Below, one piece after another: positions 11,309-21,455 of a stretch of DNA of 64,000 bases. How positions within the stretch are numbered: position 1 is the stretch's first letter; the number at the start of each line of letters is the position of its first letter. A model generated the notes under the pieces. The model had not been told where the DNA came from and searched no databases. It saw only the letters and a list, made by a program, of their open reading frames with translations. The stretch is from Patescibacteria group bacterium (GTDB lineage Bacteria > Patescibacteriota > Microgenomatia > UBA8517), in NCBI GenBank assembly GCA_041742135.1, contig JBGSJG010000001.1:67151-131150 (forward strand), written 5' to 3'. Both the position numbers and the translations under genes were made by a program.

Positions 11309-12295
11309 TCATCGCAAGTACTTCGCCACATTTTGATTGTGCTCCGAGAGGGTCTTGGCGTAATGAATATTTCCTTCAGAGTCGTGAATATAAAACATAT
11401 AATCCGTTTCTGATGGGTTTATTGCAGCGTTTAGCGAAGTGAGCCCCGGGTTTGCAATCGGCGCAGGCGGAACGCCAGTAATTTGGTAAGTGTTAAACGG
11501 CGAGTCAATTTCCAAATCTGCCCGAAGTGGCGGGACCCACCAGTCACACTCAACTTTTGCCTTACACCTTATTGTCCCCAATGCATACTGGGCGGTCGCA
11601 TCGGCCTGAAGTGGCCAACCCATATCTATTCTATTTAATAAAATCCCAGCCACAACGGGTCGCTCGTCGGCAGTTAACGTCTCCCGCTCTATTATTGAAG
11701 CCAAAACAATGGCCTCATTTATGTCTAGGCCACTCTTTTGATTGTATTTAAACTGCGTATCAAAGTTCGCAGTCAATTTATTAATGACTGTTTGGGCAGA
11801 TGCGTCTTTGGGAAACAAATACGTGTCGGGGAAAAGGCGTCCTTCTAGATCCGTGCTAAGACTTAAAAATTCCTCAGTAAACTCGCTGGCGGCAGAGCCC
11901 GTTAGGCCAAAAGCATCGATAAAACGCGAGCTGTATTGTTCACGCCTTAAGCCTTCGGGGATTGTTACCCAGATTTCTCTGGGGCCCTTTTTAAGTAAGG
12001 ACATAAGATTCTCGATGTCCAAATTTGCGGGAATTTGAAATTCTCCCGGGGGGATATTCCCAGAGATGCCGTTTATTTGAGTGTAAACCTTAAATGCCAG
12101 GGCATTTTTGATTAAGCCCGCTTCGGCCAAGTCAGTGGCAATTTTAGTGGCGCTACTTCCACGAGTAATAATAAAGCGCTTCTCTGTTGGGTCACTTGAA
12201 GGAGCGGCCGTCTGCGACAAATACCAGAAAACGCTAAAAATACTGGTTAAAATAACCAACACTCCAAAAAATACAAATACTAGGTATTTTCGCAT
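11309..12295 (-). CDS. mltG: Endolytic murein transglycosylase MltG (YceG family)
   Basis: An N-terminal TM helix is followed by a YceG-like domain (…FNTYQITGVPPAPIANPG…). Confidence 0.8.
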   Translation of the reverse strand: MRKYLVFVFFGVLVILTSIFSVFWYLSQTAAPSSDPTEKRFIITRGSSATKIATDLAEAGLIKNALAFKVYTQINGISGNIPPGEFQIPANLDIENLMSLLKKGPREIWVTIPEGLRREQYSSRFIDAFGLTGSAASEFTEEFLSLSTDLEGRLFPDTYLFPKDASAQTVINKLTANFDTQFKYNQKSGLDINEAIVLASIIERETLTADERPVVAGILLNRIDMGWPLQADATAQYALGTIRCKAKVECDWWVPPLRADLEIDSPFNTYQITGVPPAPIANPGLTSLNAAINPSETDYMFYIHDSEGNIHYAKTLSEHNQNVAKYLR

Positions 12296-12312
12296 ATGAA
12301 GATTGTAACAGA

Positions 12313-12510
12313 TTATACTTCGCTAATTAGAGCGCGGCGGAAATGGCCTTTGGCGTCTTTAATATAAATGCGGCCACATTTTTTGCAAGTGATTTTCTTG
12401 CCCAACTTATGGCTTTCTTCTTTAGCCCCGATCAGAGGCTGACTACAACCCACACAGCGCCCTTGTGAAAGTAACCAAGCTTGGATAGGTGCTATAACGT
12501 TTTTGATCAT
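12313..12510 (-). CDS. Small zinc-ribbon protein (two CxxC pairs), unknown function
   Basis: Motifs CVGCSQ…CKKCGR. It is 65 aa long and lies between mltG and ruvX. Confidence 0.4.
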   Translation of the reverse strand: MIKNVIAPIQAWLLSQGRCVGCSQPLIGAKEESHKLGKKITCKKCGRIYIKDAKGHFRRALISEV

Positions 12511-12526
12511 GACTGATTATACCAGA

Positions 12527-12916
12527 CTAGGCTACTAAATTATCCAGGTAATTTTGAAGGATTAAAGTAGCTGAGAATGCGTCTTCCATTCTCCTTCTTT
12601 TTATTCGCTTCATGCCAGCTTCGATCGTCATCGCCTGAACATCCTTGGTTGTCAAGGTTTCGTCGGCGTAGACTACCGGCAAGCCAAGCTCTTTCTCGAG
12701 TAGCTCTCCAAATTCTTTTGAGGCCGCGCCTACTTCTCCATCCGAAAGGCCGATAACAATTTTTGAAATGTTATCTGTCAACACGATTCTTCCTATTTCG
12801 CGGGCCAAATCAATCGTCTTTTTGTACCTTATTACCCGAAGCGGAGCAGCCAGAGGACCAGCGGCATAGGCCAAGCCGACTTTACTTAATCCAAAATCAA
12901 TTCCTAGAGTATTCAT
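12527..12916 (-). CDS. ruvX: Putative pre-16S rRNA nuclease / Holliday-junction resolvase-like protein YqgF (RuvX)
   Basis: Translation MNTLGIDFGLSKVGLAYA…IVIGLSDGE…ILQNYLD matches the RuvX/YqgF fold signatures. Confidence 0.8.
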   Translation of the reverse strand: MNTLGIDFGLSKVGLAYAAGPLAAPLRVIRYKKTIDLAREIGRIVLTDNISKIVIGLSDGEVGAASKEFGELLEKELGLPVVYADETLTTKDVQAMTIEAGMKRIKRRRMEDAFSATLILQNYLDNLVA

Positions 12917-13568
12917 TACTGCTTAGTCTACCAGTGGGGTCAAGTCTTGCCCGTACTATGAGTCTTTTAGGGCGCAGCGGATGCCCGGGAGGAGTACAGG
13001 TGATAAGGGTAACATAAGAATCATCGAGGTTCTGAGCTAAGATCTCCAGATCTGTAGGTTTTACCTCAAAGACATCTTCAACCACAAATACGTAGGAAAT
13101 GCCATCGTAGCGGATTTCCAACTGGTCAGATTCTTTAATAGTAGGAAGGGTGGAAAAAATTGACATATAATCTTTGGGGTTAAAAAACTGCGGCAAAATC
13201 GAGTGGCCAAAGATAACAGCATTGCCGCGCTTACCTGGAAGAGCGGTTCCCGGATATTGGATTAGGGATTCACTTAAATCCTCCCCACCAATGGCTACAG
13301 TCGCGTCTTTGATGCCAAGTTTGGGAATAGTCAAATTGTAATAGCGAATTTTTGAGATATCAAAATCTTCAGAGTTTGTCGGAAACCACTGACTTGCCTT
13401 CGTATAGTCAATTTCCACTTCATCCTCTGGAACTGGTGAGAGGTACTCCCGAAATTGCGTTCCGTTGTCCAAAGAATATGTACTTATCGGCAAAACCACA
13501 TAGCCCAAAACCACAAGCCCCAATATAGCGCTAGTAAAACCAATAACTTTGCTGAAGCGTTTTTTCAT
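12897..13568 (-). CDS. Sortase family transpeptidase
   Basis: It has an N-terminal TM anchor, a His in …AVIFGHSI…, the TLxTC motif (TLITCTP) and a downstream Arg (…LIVRAR…). Confidence 0.8.
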   Translation of the reverse strand: MKKRFSKVIGFTSAILGLVVLGYVVLPISTYSLDNGTQFREYLSPVPEDEVEIDYTKASQWFPTNSEDFDISKIRYYNLTIPKLGIKDATVAIGGEDLSESLIQYPGTALPGKRGNAVIFGHSILPQFFNPKDYMSIFSTLPTIKESDQLEIRYDGISYVFVVEDVFEVKPTDLEILAQNLDDSYVTLITCTPPGHPLRPKRLIVRARLDPTGRLSSNEYSRN

Positions 13569-15718
13569 TGTTCGGCTAAAACTTCAATAGTCACATTTTT
13601 TGCAATGGTAGGGATTCTGTTAAGTATCCCGGGCAAAACTGGCTGAAGCGTAACAACTGCCCGTGAGTAGCCAGGGATTTGTGACAAGAAATCTTTAATG
13701 CTATCTGGCCGCTTGCCCAGCACTTCTTTTTTAATCGCATCTGTGTCTACTGAAGGCAGAAGATTGGCGCTTAGTGTGACATCAAACTCCCAAACTCCTG
13801 TATCGATCTCGTCAATTAAATCAAAATTTGCTGTGACCTGCTCACCTCGAAGGGCAAAACCCTCGGGGATTTGGTCTTTCAAAATAGTAAGGGACATTTG
13901 CTCAACTTGTTCTTTTGGTAAAACTAATCCGCGAGCTGACATGCTCATGGTGTAGCTTACACTGCCTGCTTCGTCCCCCGCTTTGCCACTTGATGACTCG
14001 TCAGTAATCTCGTAAGTTACGGACTCTGGAACAAATCGTGCACTTCCCGCCTCAGACGCGAGTCTCTCGCGTGCTTTGTCCTCAAGTTCGCTCTCCAAAT
14101 CTTCTTTTAATCCGCTTATATCAGAAGCTGAAATTGCTGTAATCTCGCGGCTTGATCCTCCGGAGAAGTCACTCTCTGCTACAGCGTCAACGTCGCTTTT
14201 TGGATAATTTCTCACAGAAAAAGTCTCGTCTTTTGCCAAATTGTACTGCCCACCAATATCCGCCGCAGTAGCCGCAACTGAGGCGCTGCCCGGGGTTGTA
14301 GGCGAGGAAGCTTTTGGAACATCAACCGCACTGTCTAGGGTAAATTTTAAATCATTTTGACCAGACAATGTGTCGCCGGCGTCAAAAGACAAGTCCTCCG
14401 CAGTTCCGTTTCTGATTGTCACAGACCCACGAGCAGGATCACCAACCGTTTTGACTCCCGTCGCAGAAGCAGTTTTTTCGGAAGTAACTTCGATTTGAAC
14501 AGACTCGGCAGGAAATTCAAAATTCTCGACATCTGCAGTTTCAATATCTTCAGAAAGTGTAATCACCTCAGAATCCTGCAAATTTTTTGGTGAAATGTGA
14601 ATCGTAATAGTAGCGCGTGGCAAATATATCCAAGCTGCTATAAGACCACCGAGTATCAAAACCAAGGCAACTGGAAGCAGTACTTTGAGTTTCTTGAGAT
14701 TAAGCCTTCTCTTTGCAAACGTAGGTGTCTCGGGAACGTGCGGCAGCTTTGGAGCTGCTGGCTTTTTTAACTTTTTAAAAATCCCCATAACTGGTGCGAG
14801 CGCCGTAAGCGGAGAAAAAGTGGGTTTTTTCTTCACCACGAGGGGATCTGGCAAATTCTCGGTATCACCCATGGTTGCCAGTGGTTCGCTGTGAACTTCC
14901 GAGATGTCGGCATCGACCACAAAACCTAAATCTTCAGGCGACAAATCTTCGGTGTGTTCAAAATTACTTTCTTCTGAATCGTCCCCTTCAACGCCTGTAA
15001 TTTCAGACAGCTCTGAAGCTCCAGCAATTGAAACTGCTTCAGCTTTTTCGCTAGAAGTTACAATGTCCACCTGGGGGGTGTGTAAAATCTTTAAGCTCTC
15101 AGACAAATCTTTCCAGTCTGTTTTGATAAGTTCCTGCTTAACTTCTTCAAGGCTAACTTCTTGACCATCATACAAAAGCCAGCGAGTAGGAATAGCTTCG
15201 CTTGATGGGAAGCGACTAAGGCCTTCTACAACGTCCTCGGTCAAAGAAACACTCCTGCCCACGCTCACCGTACCCACAATATTGCCGAGCCGAACTAAAG
15301 TTAAATCCAAGCTCCCCACCCCCACTCCAACGATTACTCCAGAAAGTGGGCTACCCTCACGAATTTTAACCCCATGAGCTATCGCTTCTGGCAAAACTAC
15401 AAACCCAGTTGGGGTCAGGGAAAGTTTTTGAGAAACCAACCTTATTTTTTCCAAATGGGCTTTTTTAATTTTGCCGTCTTCGACCCATGAGGCCGGGACA
15501 CCGTAAACGGTTTTGGAAGGCTCTTGGGCATTTTCTGGAAGCTCTGACACGACTTCGCTTAGCGCAGCATCAACCTTTTCAATCAAATCCTCATCTGTTT
15601 CCCATGTATTTGGAGTGCTTGTAGATAAAATTGCGACTTTGTCAGCCCGTACAGTCCATAAGGCAGCCTGAACCAACTCTTGTTCGATTACAATAGACCA
15701 GAAGTATTCTTCTTTCAT
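13565..15718 (-). CDS. Bitopic membrane protein. The N-terminal cytoplasmic domain, about 330 aa, resembles an FtsA/PilM actin fold. It has a single TM helix and a long acidic Ser/Thr-rich extracytoplasmic region.
   Basis: Segments …GVIVGVGVGSLDLTLVRLGNIVGTVSVGRSV… resemble the DxGGGTT region of FtsA/PilM. The TM helix is LKVLLPVALVLILGGLIAAWIYL. The assignment is tentative. Confidence 0.45.
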   Translation of the reverse strand: MKEEYFWSIVIEQELVQAALWTVRADKVAILSTSTPNTWETDEDLIEKVDAALSEVVSELPENAQEPSKTVYGVPASWVEDGKIKKAHLEKIRLVSQKLSLTPTGFVVLPEAIAHGVKIREGSPLSGVIVGVGVGSLDLTLVRLGNIVGTVSVGRSVSLTEDVVEGLSRFPSSEAIPTRWLLYDGQEVSLEEVKQELIKTDWKDLSESLKILHTPQVDIVTSSEKAEAVSIAGASELSEITGVEGDDSEESNFEHTEDLSPEDLGFVVDADISEVHSEPLATMGDTENLPDPLVVKKKPTFSPLTALAPVMGIFKKLKKPAAPKLPHVPETPTFAKRRLNLKKLKVLLPVALVLILGGLIAAWIYLPRATITIHISPKNLQDSEVITLSEDIETADVENFEFPAESVQIEVTSEKTASATGVKTVGDPARGSVTIRNGTAEDLSFDAGDTLSGQNDLKFTLDSAVDVPKASSPTTPGSASVAATAADIGGQYNLAKDETFSVRNYPKSDVDAVAESDFSGGSSREITAISASDISGLKEDLESELEDKARERLASEAGSARFVPESVTYEITDESSSGKAGDEAGSVSYTMSMSARGLVLPKEQVEQMSLTILKDQIPEGFALRGEQVTANFDLIDEIDTGVWEFDVTLSANLLPSVDTDAIKKEVLGKRPDSIKDFLSQIPGYSRAVVTLQPVLPGILNRIPTIAKNVTIEVLAEQ

Positions 15719-15731
15719 GGGCAGAGTTTAC

Positions 15732-17459
15732 TCACTCAATAATTGCGTAGATTCGTCTGACGCCAGCGGCGACAGACTCCTCCTTAGTAATCTTAACACG
15801 TCCGTGAATCTCAGACAGCTTTGCCACATGCGGCCCTCCACAAAACTCGACACTGAAGGGTAAATCGATTGAGCCTATAAAATACACGCTCACATTGTCA
15901 GGGTATTTTTTAGCAAATTCCATCTGGGCACCAAGCTTTTCGGCATCACTTTTGGGCATGATTTTTTTTGTAACCTCCAAATCCTCTGCAATTTTTTCAT
16001 TAACCAGCGCTTCCACTTTGCCAACTTCATCTTCGGTCAATTTTCGACTGAAATTAAAATCCATCCTCATGCGCTCGGCGTTAATGTTGCTTCCCTTTTG
16101 AGAGATTTTTGGGTCCACTGTTTTTTGAAGCGCAGCCAACACCAAATGATGGACAGTGTGAAGCCGGGTAACTTCAATGGAGTGATCAGCCAAACCACCC
16201 TTAAAAACTCCGGCCGAGCTTGTGCGTGACTTTTCTTGATGCTTCCCAAAGGCTTTTTTAAATTCATCAACATTTATTTTATGGCCGCGCTCCAGAGCCA
16301 ACTCCAAAGTGATTTCCAGAGGAAAGCCATAAGTCTGATACAAATCAAAAGCAATCTTGCCATCAACGTTCTCAAGCTTCTCGAATTCTTTAAGGCCTTG
16401 ATCCAAAGTTTTAATAAATTTCCCAACTTCCTCAATTATTACTTCACTATCGGTGAGTGCCATAAAATCATCCTTAGATACCTCACTCTTGAGGCTTTTA
16501 AGCTTAACGACAGCTCGCCTGATTAGCCTTCGCATTACGTAACTTTGAAGTTTATTGCCGGGAATCACGCCAGCATTCGAAAGCGCGTTAGCCGCTCGAA
16601 TATGATCTGCAATAATTCGCATAGCAGATTCCTCGCCCTCATATTTTTTGCTTGTCAGGTCCTCGATTTTTCCAATCAAACTGGCAAAAATGTCAATTTT
16701 AAAAATATCTGGGTCATTATTGGTTACTGCCACAAGCCTCTCGAGGCCTCCTCCAAAGTCCACGTTTTTTTGAGGCAATTCTGTAAGCTTCCCGTTTTTT
16801 TTGATGTATTGGATAAAGACTGAGTTGCCGATTTCCAAAAATCGCCCGCAATCGCAGTTTGGGTGGCAATGCTCGCCAAATCTTGGGTCGTGTTTCACAG
16901 AATCAAATTCAAAAAAGATCTCGGAATCTGGCCCACCAATTTCTCCCTCAGGCATGTTTTCCGGCACACCCGAGCGGCTCCACCAGTTTTTATCCACCCC
17001 ATACTCAAGAATGTGATCCGTGGGCACTCCGAGAGATTTCCAAATTTCATAAGATTCTTCGTCGCGAGGAACCGACTCATCGCCCTCAAAAATTGATACA
17101 TAAAGTTTTTCTTTTGGAAGGCCAAGCTCCTGAGTTAAAAACTCCCAGACCCAAGGCAGCTGCTCAGCTTTGAAATAATCCCCCAAGGACCAGTTCCCTA
17201 GCATTTCAAAAAAGGTGGTGTGGCGATTGTCGCCAACATCTTCGATATCACCAACCCGAATTGCAGGCTGGGAATCAGTAAGCCTTTTACCTTCTGGATG
17301 AACTTCACCCATAAGATAAGGCACCAAAGGCTGCATACCTGAACTCGTAAAAAGTGTGGTTGGGTCGTTTTCTAAAACCAAGGGAGCTGGTGGAATAATC
17401 TTGTGCCCACGCTTTTCAAAAAACTTTAGATATTTATCTCGAACTTCATCTGTGTTCAT
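15732..17459 (-). CDS. alaS: Alanine--tRNA ligase, a short form of 575 aa lacking the C-terminal C-Ala domain
   Basis: The N-terminus …YLKFFEKRGHKIIPPAPLVLENDPTTLFTSSGMQP… is the class II AlaRS catalytic core. The editing-domain HxxxH is present (…LHTVHHLVLAALQ…). Confidence 0.9.
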   Translation of the reverse strand: MNTDEVRDKYLKFFEKRGHKIIPPAPLVLENDPTTLFTSSGMQPLVPYLMGEVHPEGKRLTDSQPAIRVGDIEDVGDNRHTTFFEMLGNWSLGDYFKAEQLPWVWEFLTQELGLPKEKLYVSIFEGDESVPRDEESYEIWKSLGVPTDHILEYGVDKNWWSRSGVPENMPEGEIGGPDSEIFFEFDSVKHDPRFGEHCHPNCDCGRFLEIGNSVFIQYIKKNGKLTELPQKNVDFGGGLERLVAVTNNDPDIFKIDIFASLIGKIEDLTSKKYEGEESAMRIIADHIRAANALSNAGVIPGNKLQSYVMRRLIRRAVVKLKSLKSEVSKDDFMALTDSEVIIEEVGKFIKTLDQGLKEFEKLENVDGKIAFDLYQTYGFPLEITLELALERGHKINVDEFKKAFGKHQEKSRTSSAGVFKGGLADHSIEVTRLHTVHHLVLAALQKTVDPKISQKGSNINAERMRMDFNFSRKLTEDEVGKVEALVNEKIAEDLEVTKKIMPKSDAEKLGAQMEFAKKYPDNVSVYFIGSIDLPFSVEFCGGPHVAKLSEIHGRVKITKEESVAAGVRRIYAIIE

Positions 17460-17480
17460 GTAGGCTGATTATAACCTAAC

Positions 17481-17810
17481 TTGTGCTGTATCGCACGAAA
17501 TTTGACAAGAGAAAAACTAAGACTACAATACGGGCATATGGATGAAAGGTGTGAAGGTTGCCAGCACTACAGAGAAGCACTTGAACAGCTTGCCGCAAAG
17601 GAGAAAGAAAATGGAATTGCTACGCCTGCAATAGATGAAACCCTATTCCAATGCATCCCTACGTGGCCGGATGGCAAAATTGTCGCCGGAGTTATTCTTA
17701 CCCGTGGGTACAAAGAAAATCGCTTGGCCAACCCAAAGAACGTCAGCGTATTAGGGACGGTTGCTATTGGTACCCCACCAGTCAATTGCCCCCACACAAA
17801 TCCTTCATGA
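17481..17810 (+). CDS. Small Cys-containing hypothetical protein; the start is uncertain and could be the internal Met at about 17540
   Basis: The ORF lies in an otherwise gene-poor ~900-bp region. Its composition looks coding. No homology was recognised. Confidence 0.25.
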   Translation: MCCIARNLTREKLRLQYGHMDERCEGCQHYREALEQLAAKEKENGIATPAIDETLFQCIPTWPDGKIVAGVILTRGYKENRLANPKNVSVLGTVAIGTPPVNCPHTNPS

Positions 17811-18134
17811 CAAGCTTGATTCTTAGCGTAAACGTATTAAAATTGGTTTTATGAAAGATCGAGAAAAAGGCGATTTCGGACCAATCAATGGTATCTCCAT
17901 GGACAGGTATTCTGATCTCTGGCACGACACACAGAACCGATTATCACCAGCCGCGGTTGACAAATTAGACTTGCCCGAAGAAATTCCAGAAGATAAACTG
18001 CCAATGTACGAATCTCTATCCAACGCTACTCCTTGAATTAAAAAAATTAAACGAAAAGACACTTTCTTCCTCACAATTAGCTTCCCGGTAATATAAATTA
18101 CTTACAGATAATTTTATGACTATATAATTGGCCC

Positions 18135-18389
18135 ATGAGAGGCGAGAGAAGAAGTTATCCATTTGATGCATGTGCCAGATGTCCACGAGCACAAGCAGCT
18201 GTAAGAAGTTTGCGTGAAACCTTAGATACAAGGCAGCTTCCTGAACTCCAGGTTGATTGTGAAATAATATGTGCGACCACAGCGAGCGCTACTGCTAAAT
18301 GTTTAGGTGGCGAGCTTGGAGGCGATGTTGTCGCGCGAAGTACGGGTACTCCGAAAAGAGAGTGTCCTCAAGTTACAGGGTCGCTTTAA
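18135..18389 (+). CDS. Small Cys-containing hypothetical protein
   Basis: It is 84 aa with six Cys. It converges on the 18386..18634 gene. The call is weak. Confidence 0.2.
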   Translation: MRGERRSYPFDACARCPRAQAAVRSLRETLDTRQLPELQVDCEIICATTASATAKCLGGELGGDVVARSTGTPKRECPQVTGSL

Positions 18390-18634
18390 TTTGCAGAATT
18401 TTCTCCGTGGGTTTGCATCCCCTTTTTCTTTCTAAATAATTCCAAAACGCTTGTAAGCTTATCCGGTCTGATCAAGCCTCCTCCAATAATTGAATCTTCC
18501 AAAATTGAATTGATGCGCCTCATCATGCGGCGCAGATCCCGAATTACCATAAAAATCTGAGTCCCTATTACGATCAAAAGTATTGTTAATGCAATGACAA
18601 CAACCGTAAGTAGTGTTTGTACGTTTTCCATCAC
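18386..18634 (-). CDS. Small single-pass membrane protein translationally coupled to rodZ
   Basis: The hydrophobic helix is LLTVVVIALTILLIVIGTQIFMVI. It overlaps the 3' end of the rodZ-like gene by 4 nt. Confidence 0.4.
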   Translation of the reverse strand: MMENVQTLLTVVVIALTILLIVIGTQIFMVIRDLRRMMRRINSILEDSIIGGGLIRPDKLTSVLELFRKKKGMQTHGENSAN

Positions 18635-19260
18635 TGGGTAAATTGTGGATTAATATTACGTGTTTGGCGTGTTACTTTTCCAGCCCTAGAAGTTGCCGTA
18701 ACTTCAATCTTTTTTGAATCTAAGTTTATTTCTATAGTTGTACTAAAAGCTCCGTCTTCAGCCACTAAGGCTGGTTGTGAATTAACCACGACCGAGGTAT
18801 TTGGATCAGTTTTGCCTGAAACACGTACCTGGTCTTGCGTAATTAGGGCCGCTTCTGCCGGTGTGTCGATATTCAAACTTGGAGGACGAGTAAAAGCAAG
18901 ATATTGAGAAATCAAATATGCCGCGATCGCAATTACTACTAGTGCGGCCCCGGCAAAAAATACCAATTGAGGACTTAAGCGAAATTCACGAGGAATATCG
19001 GGCTTTGGAAGAACAGAAACGTTTTGAGGCGGATAGTCGCGACGAAGAAGTGCCGAGGCTTGGTCACGATCAGCACCTACTGCATCAGCTATGTTTTTAA
19101 CAAAACCAGAAACAACAGTAAACTCAGGTAGGCGAGCCCACTTCTCCTTTTCAATCGCTTCCAAAAACTCATGCCGGATTTTTGTTTCAGCAGAAACATC
19201 TTTAATGGTCAGGTTTTTAATTTTCCTTGCAGATCGCAAGTATGTCCCGATAGTTTTCAT
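18631..19260 (-). CDS. rodZ: RodZ-like cytoskeleton protein: N-terminal XRE-type helix-turn-helix, a TM helix and an extracytoplasmic C-terminal domain
   Basis: The helix-turn-helix is …LRSARKIKNLTIKDVSAETKIRHEFLEAIE… and the TM helix is VFFAGAALVVIAIAAYLI. The ORF track start at 19314 overlaps ftsK. The internal Met (MKTIGTY) at 19260 avoids the overlap. Confidence 0.55.
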   Translation of the reverse strand: MKTIGTYLRSARKIKNLTIKDVSAETKIRHEFLEAIEKEKWARLPEFTVVSGFVKNIADAVGADRDQASALLRRDYPPQNVSVLPKPDIPREFRLSPQLVFFAGAALVVIAIAAYLISQYLAFTRPPSLNIDTPAEAALITQDQVRVSGKTDPNTSVVVNSQPALVAEDGAFSTTIEINLDSKKIEVTATSRAGKVTRQTRNINPQFTQ

Positions 19261-19264
19261 GAGT

Positions 19265-21406
19265 TTAATTTTGGTTTTCCTCGGGAGAATCGGGTGGCGC
19301 TGCTCCAAATACATCAGCTGAGTTTTGGACTAAAACATCACGAGGCTTACTGCCATCAGCAGCGCTTACTACTCCTGCTGCCTCCAGCTGGTCCAAAATA
19401 CGAGCCGCGCGAGCATAACCGATCGAAAGCCTCCTCTGAAGAAGCGAGGCAGAAGCACGGTCATACTGGCAAACCACTTCGACTGCGCTTTTGAACAAAT
19501 CATCTGCATCGCCCTCTACTCCTGCCACTGCATTTCTGCCTTGTTTCTCCATAGTCGTAACTTCTTCGGTGTACTGGGGCATCACACCTTGTTGTTTTAT
19601 AAAATCAATCAAGGCCTTTGTGTCCGAATCTGTCACAAAAGCTCCTTGAATTCTCTTGGCGCGAGCCTGATCTGGCGCCAAATAAAGCATGTCACCTTTA
19701 CCCAAAAGCTTCTCGGCTCCCTGGCCATCCAAAATAACTCGGGAATCTACTTGAGAGCTTACTGCAAAGGCAATTCGACACGGAATGTTTGCCTTGATAA
19801 GGCCTGTGATGACATCAACTGAAGGCCGTTGTGTGGCCAAAACCATGTGAATTCCTGTAGCTCGGCTCATCTGGGCGATACGAGTAATAGCCTCCTCCAC
19901 CTCGACTGGGGCTGCAAGCATGACATCGGCCAGCTCATCAACCACAAAGATTATGTAAGGCAGAGCCTGAAAGCCTGACATTTGGTTATAGCCATCGATG
20001 TTTCGTACTCCAGCTTGGGCAAAAAGCTTGTAACGGCGATCCATTTCAGAAATTGTCCATCGAAGAGCAGAAATCACTTTATCAGGCTCTACAATCACGG
20101 GACTTAGTAAATGTGGGATGTCGTTATAGCCGGTGAGCTCGACGCGCTTAGGATCTACCAGAATAAACTTAACTTCCGAAGGCGAAGCGCGGAAAAGTAG
20201 CGATGCCATGAATACGTTTAGACAAATACTTTTGCCCGAACCTGTCTGGCCCGCGATCAAGACGTGAGGCATACGAGCAATGTCCGCGATTACCGGCTTA
20301 CCGGCCACGTCAAAACCCAAGGCAACTGCGAGTTTGGAAGGGTGGTTTTGCATCTCTTCAGATACAATCATTTTCTTGATTGGCACAAATTCAGGTGAAC
20401 GGTTGGGCAGTTCAATGCCCACCAAAGAGCGGCCCGGGATTGGAGCCTCGATACGAATTGTTCCTGTGGGAGCTGCCAAGGCCAAGGCCAAATCGCGCTC
20501 AAGCGCAGTGATTTTACTAAGCTTGGTGCCAAGAGCAACTTCTAGGGCATATTGGGTGACTGCCGGTCCTTGGTTTACTTCCACAACACGCGCTGTGATA
20601 CCAAAGCTCTCAAGTGTCTCTTCAATAGTGTGGGCATTATCGCGAATGTCTCCACGGTCCGCATGCCCAGCATCACGCGCGGTCAAAATATTGGCTGAAG
20701 GGTATTTCCAAGATTGATCGGCGCCAGGCATGTTACTTACAAGTTGTGCCGTCAGGGCTTCCTTTGGAGCTTCGGCTACTGGCCTTGCTCGCAGGTCACG
20801 CTTGGGCTCACCACTCGCGTCACCTCCAGTAACTTTAAGCTCCTTTTTGCCGGTAAAACTCCCAGGCCTTGCTTTCACTCCTTCGTCTCCCACCAATATC
20901 TTCCTAATTTGTCGCAAGGCTGCCGCGAGAAATTCTAAAACTTTATCAAATGAAGTGTTAAAGAGAACCACAAGCCCAACAACAGCTGCAGCAAGCAGTA
21001 AGATAAAAGCACCCACTGGTGTCACGAGAGCCACCACTCCTAGCCAAGCTTGGCGGCCAAAATAACCAGCACGAGTTAGAGCTGAAATGGAAACGAAAAA
21101 TAAAATTGTGCCTATCAAAACATTTGGCTGGCCCAAGGGGGTCTTAAGTTTACTCATAAGAAATCCCAAAGAAATAAGAATGAAAGGAAGGAGAATCGAG
21201 CTCCAGCCAAGATAATTTACCAAAGTATCATTGACGCCCACTAAAGCACTGCCTTGGCGGGAGAAAGAAACAAGAATAAGCCCAGCCAAAGCAAAAACTC
21301 CGATTTGAATAATTGAAAAAATTACTTCAGACTTAATGTTTAAAGCCGGTCCTTTTTTGTGCCTGCCACCTCGAGGCACAACCTTACTTTTTTTCTTCTT
21401 GGCCAT
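19265..21406 (-). CDS. ftsK: DNA translocase FtsK/SpoIIIE
   Basis: It has N-terminal TM helices, the Walker A motif GQTGSGKS and a C-terminal winged-helix gamma domain. Confidence 0.9.
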   Translation of the reverse strand: MAKKKKSKVVPRGGRHKKGPALNIKSEVIFSIIQIGVFALAGLILVSFSRQGSALVGVNDTLVNYLGWSSILLPFILISLGFLMSKLKTPLGQPNVLIGTILFFVSISALTRAGYFGRQAWLGVVALVTPVGAFILLLAAAVVGLVVLFNTSFDKVLEFLAAALRQIRKILVGDEGVKARPGSFTGKKELKVTGGDASGEPKRDLRARPVAEAPKEALTAQLVSNMPGADQSWKYPSANILTARDAGHADRGDIRDNAHTIEETLESFGITARVVEVNQGPAVTQYALEVALGTKLSKITALERDLALALAAPTGTIRIEAPIPGRSLVGIELPNRSPEFVPIKKMIVSEEMQNHPSKLAVALGFDVAGKPVIADIARMPHVLIAGQTGSGKSICLNVFMASLLFRASPSEVKFILVDPKRVELTGYNDIPHLLSPVIVEPDKVISALRWTISEMDRRYKLFAQAGVRNIDGYNQMSGFQALPYIIFVVDELADVMLAAPVEVEEAITRIAQMSRATGIHMVLATQRPSVDVITGLIKANIPCRIAFAVSSQVDSRVILDGQGAEKLLGKGDMLYLAPDQARAKRIQGAFVTDSDTKALIDFIKQQGVMPQYTEEVTTMEKQGRNAVAGVEGDADDLFKSAVEVVCQYDRASASLLQRRLSIGYARAARILDQLEAAGVVSAADGSKPRDVLVQNSADVFGAAPPDSPEENQN

Positions 21407-21455
21407 GTGAGTTCATTATATATACATGAAGCCACAAGGTAAACAAAGGGGAAGA

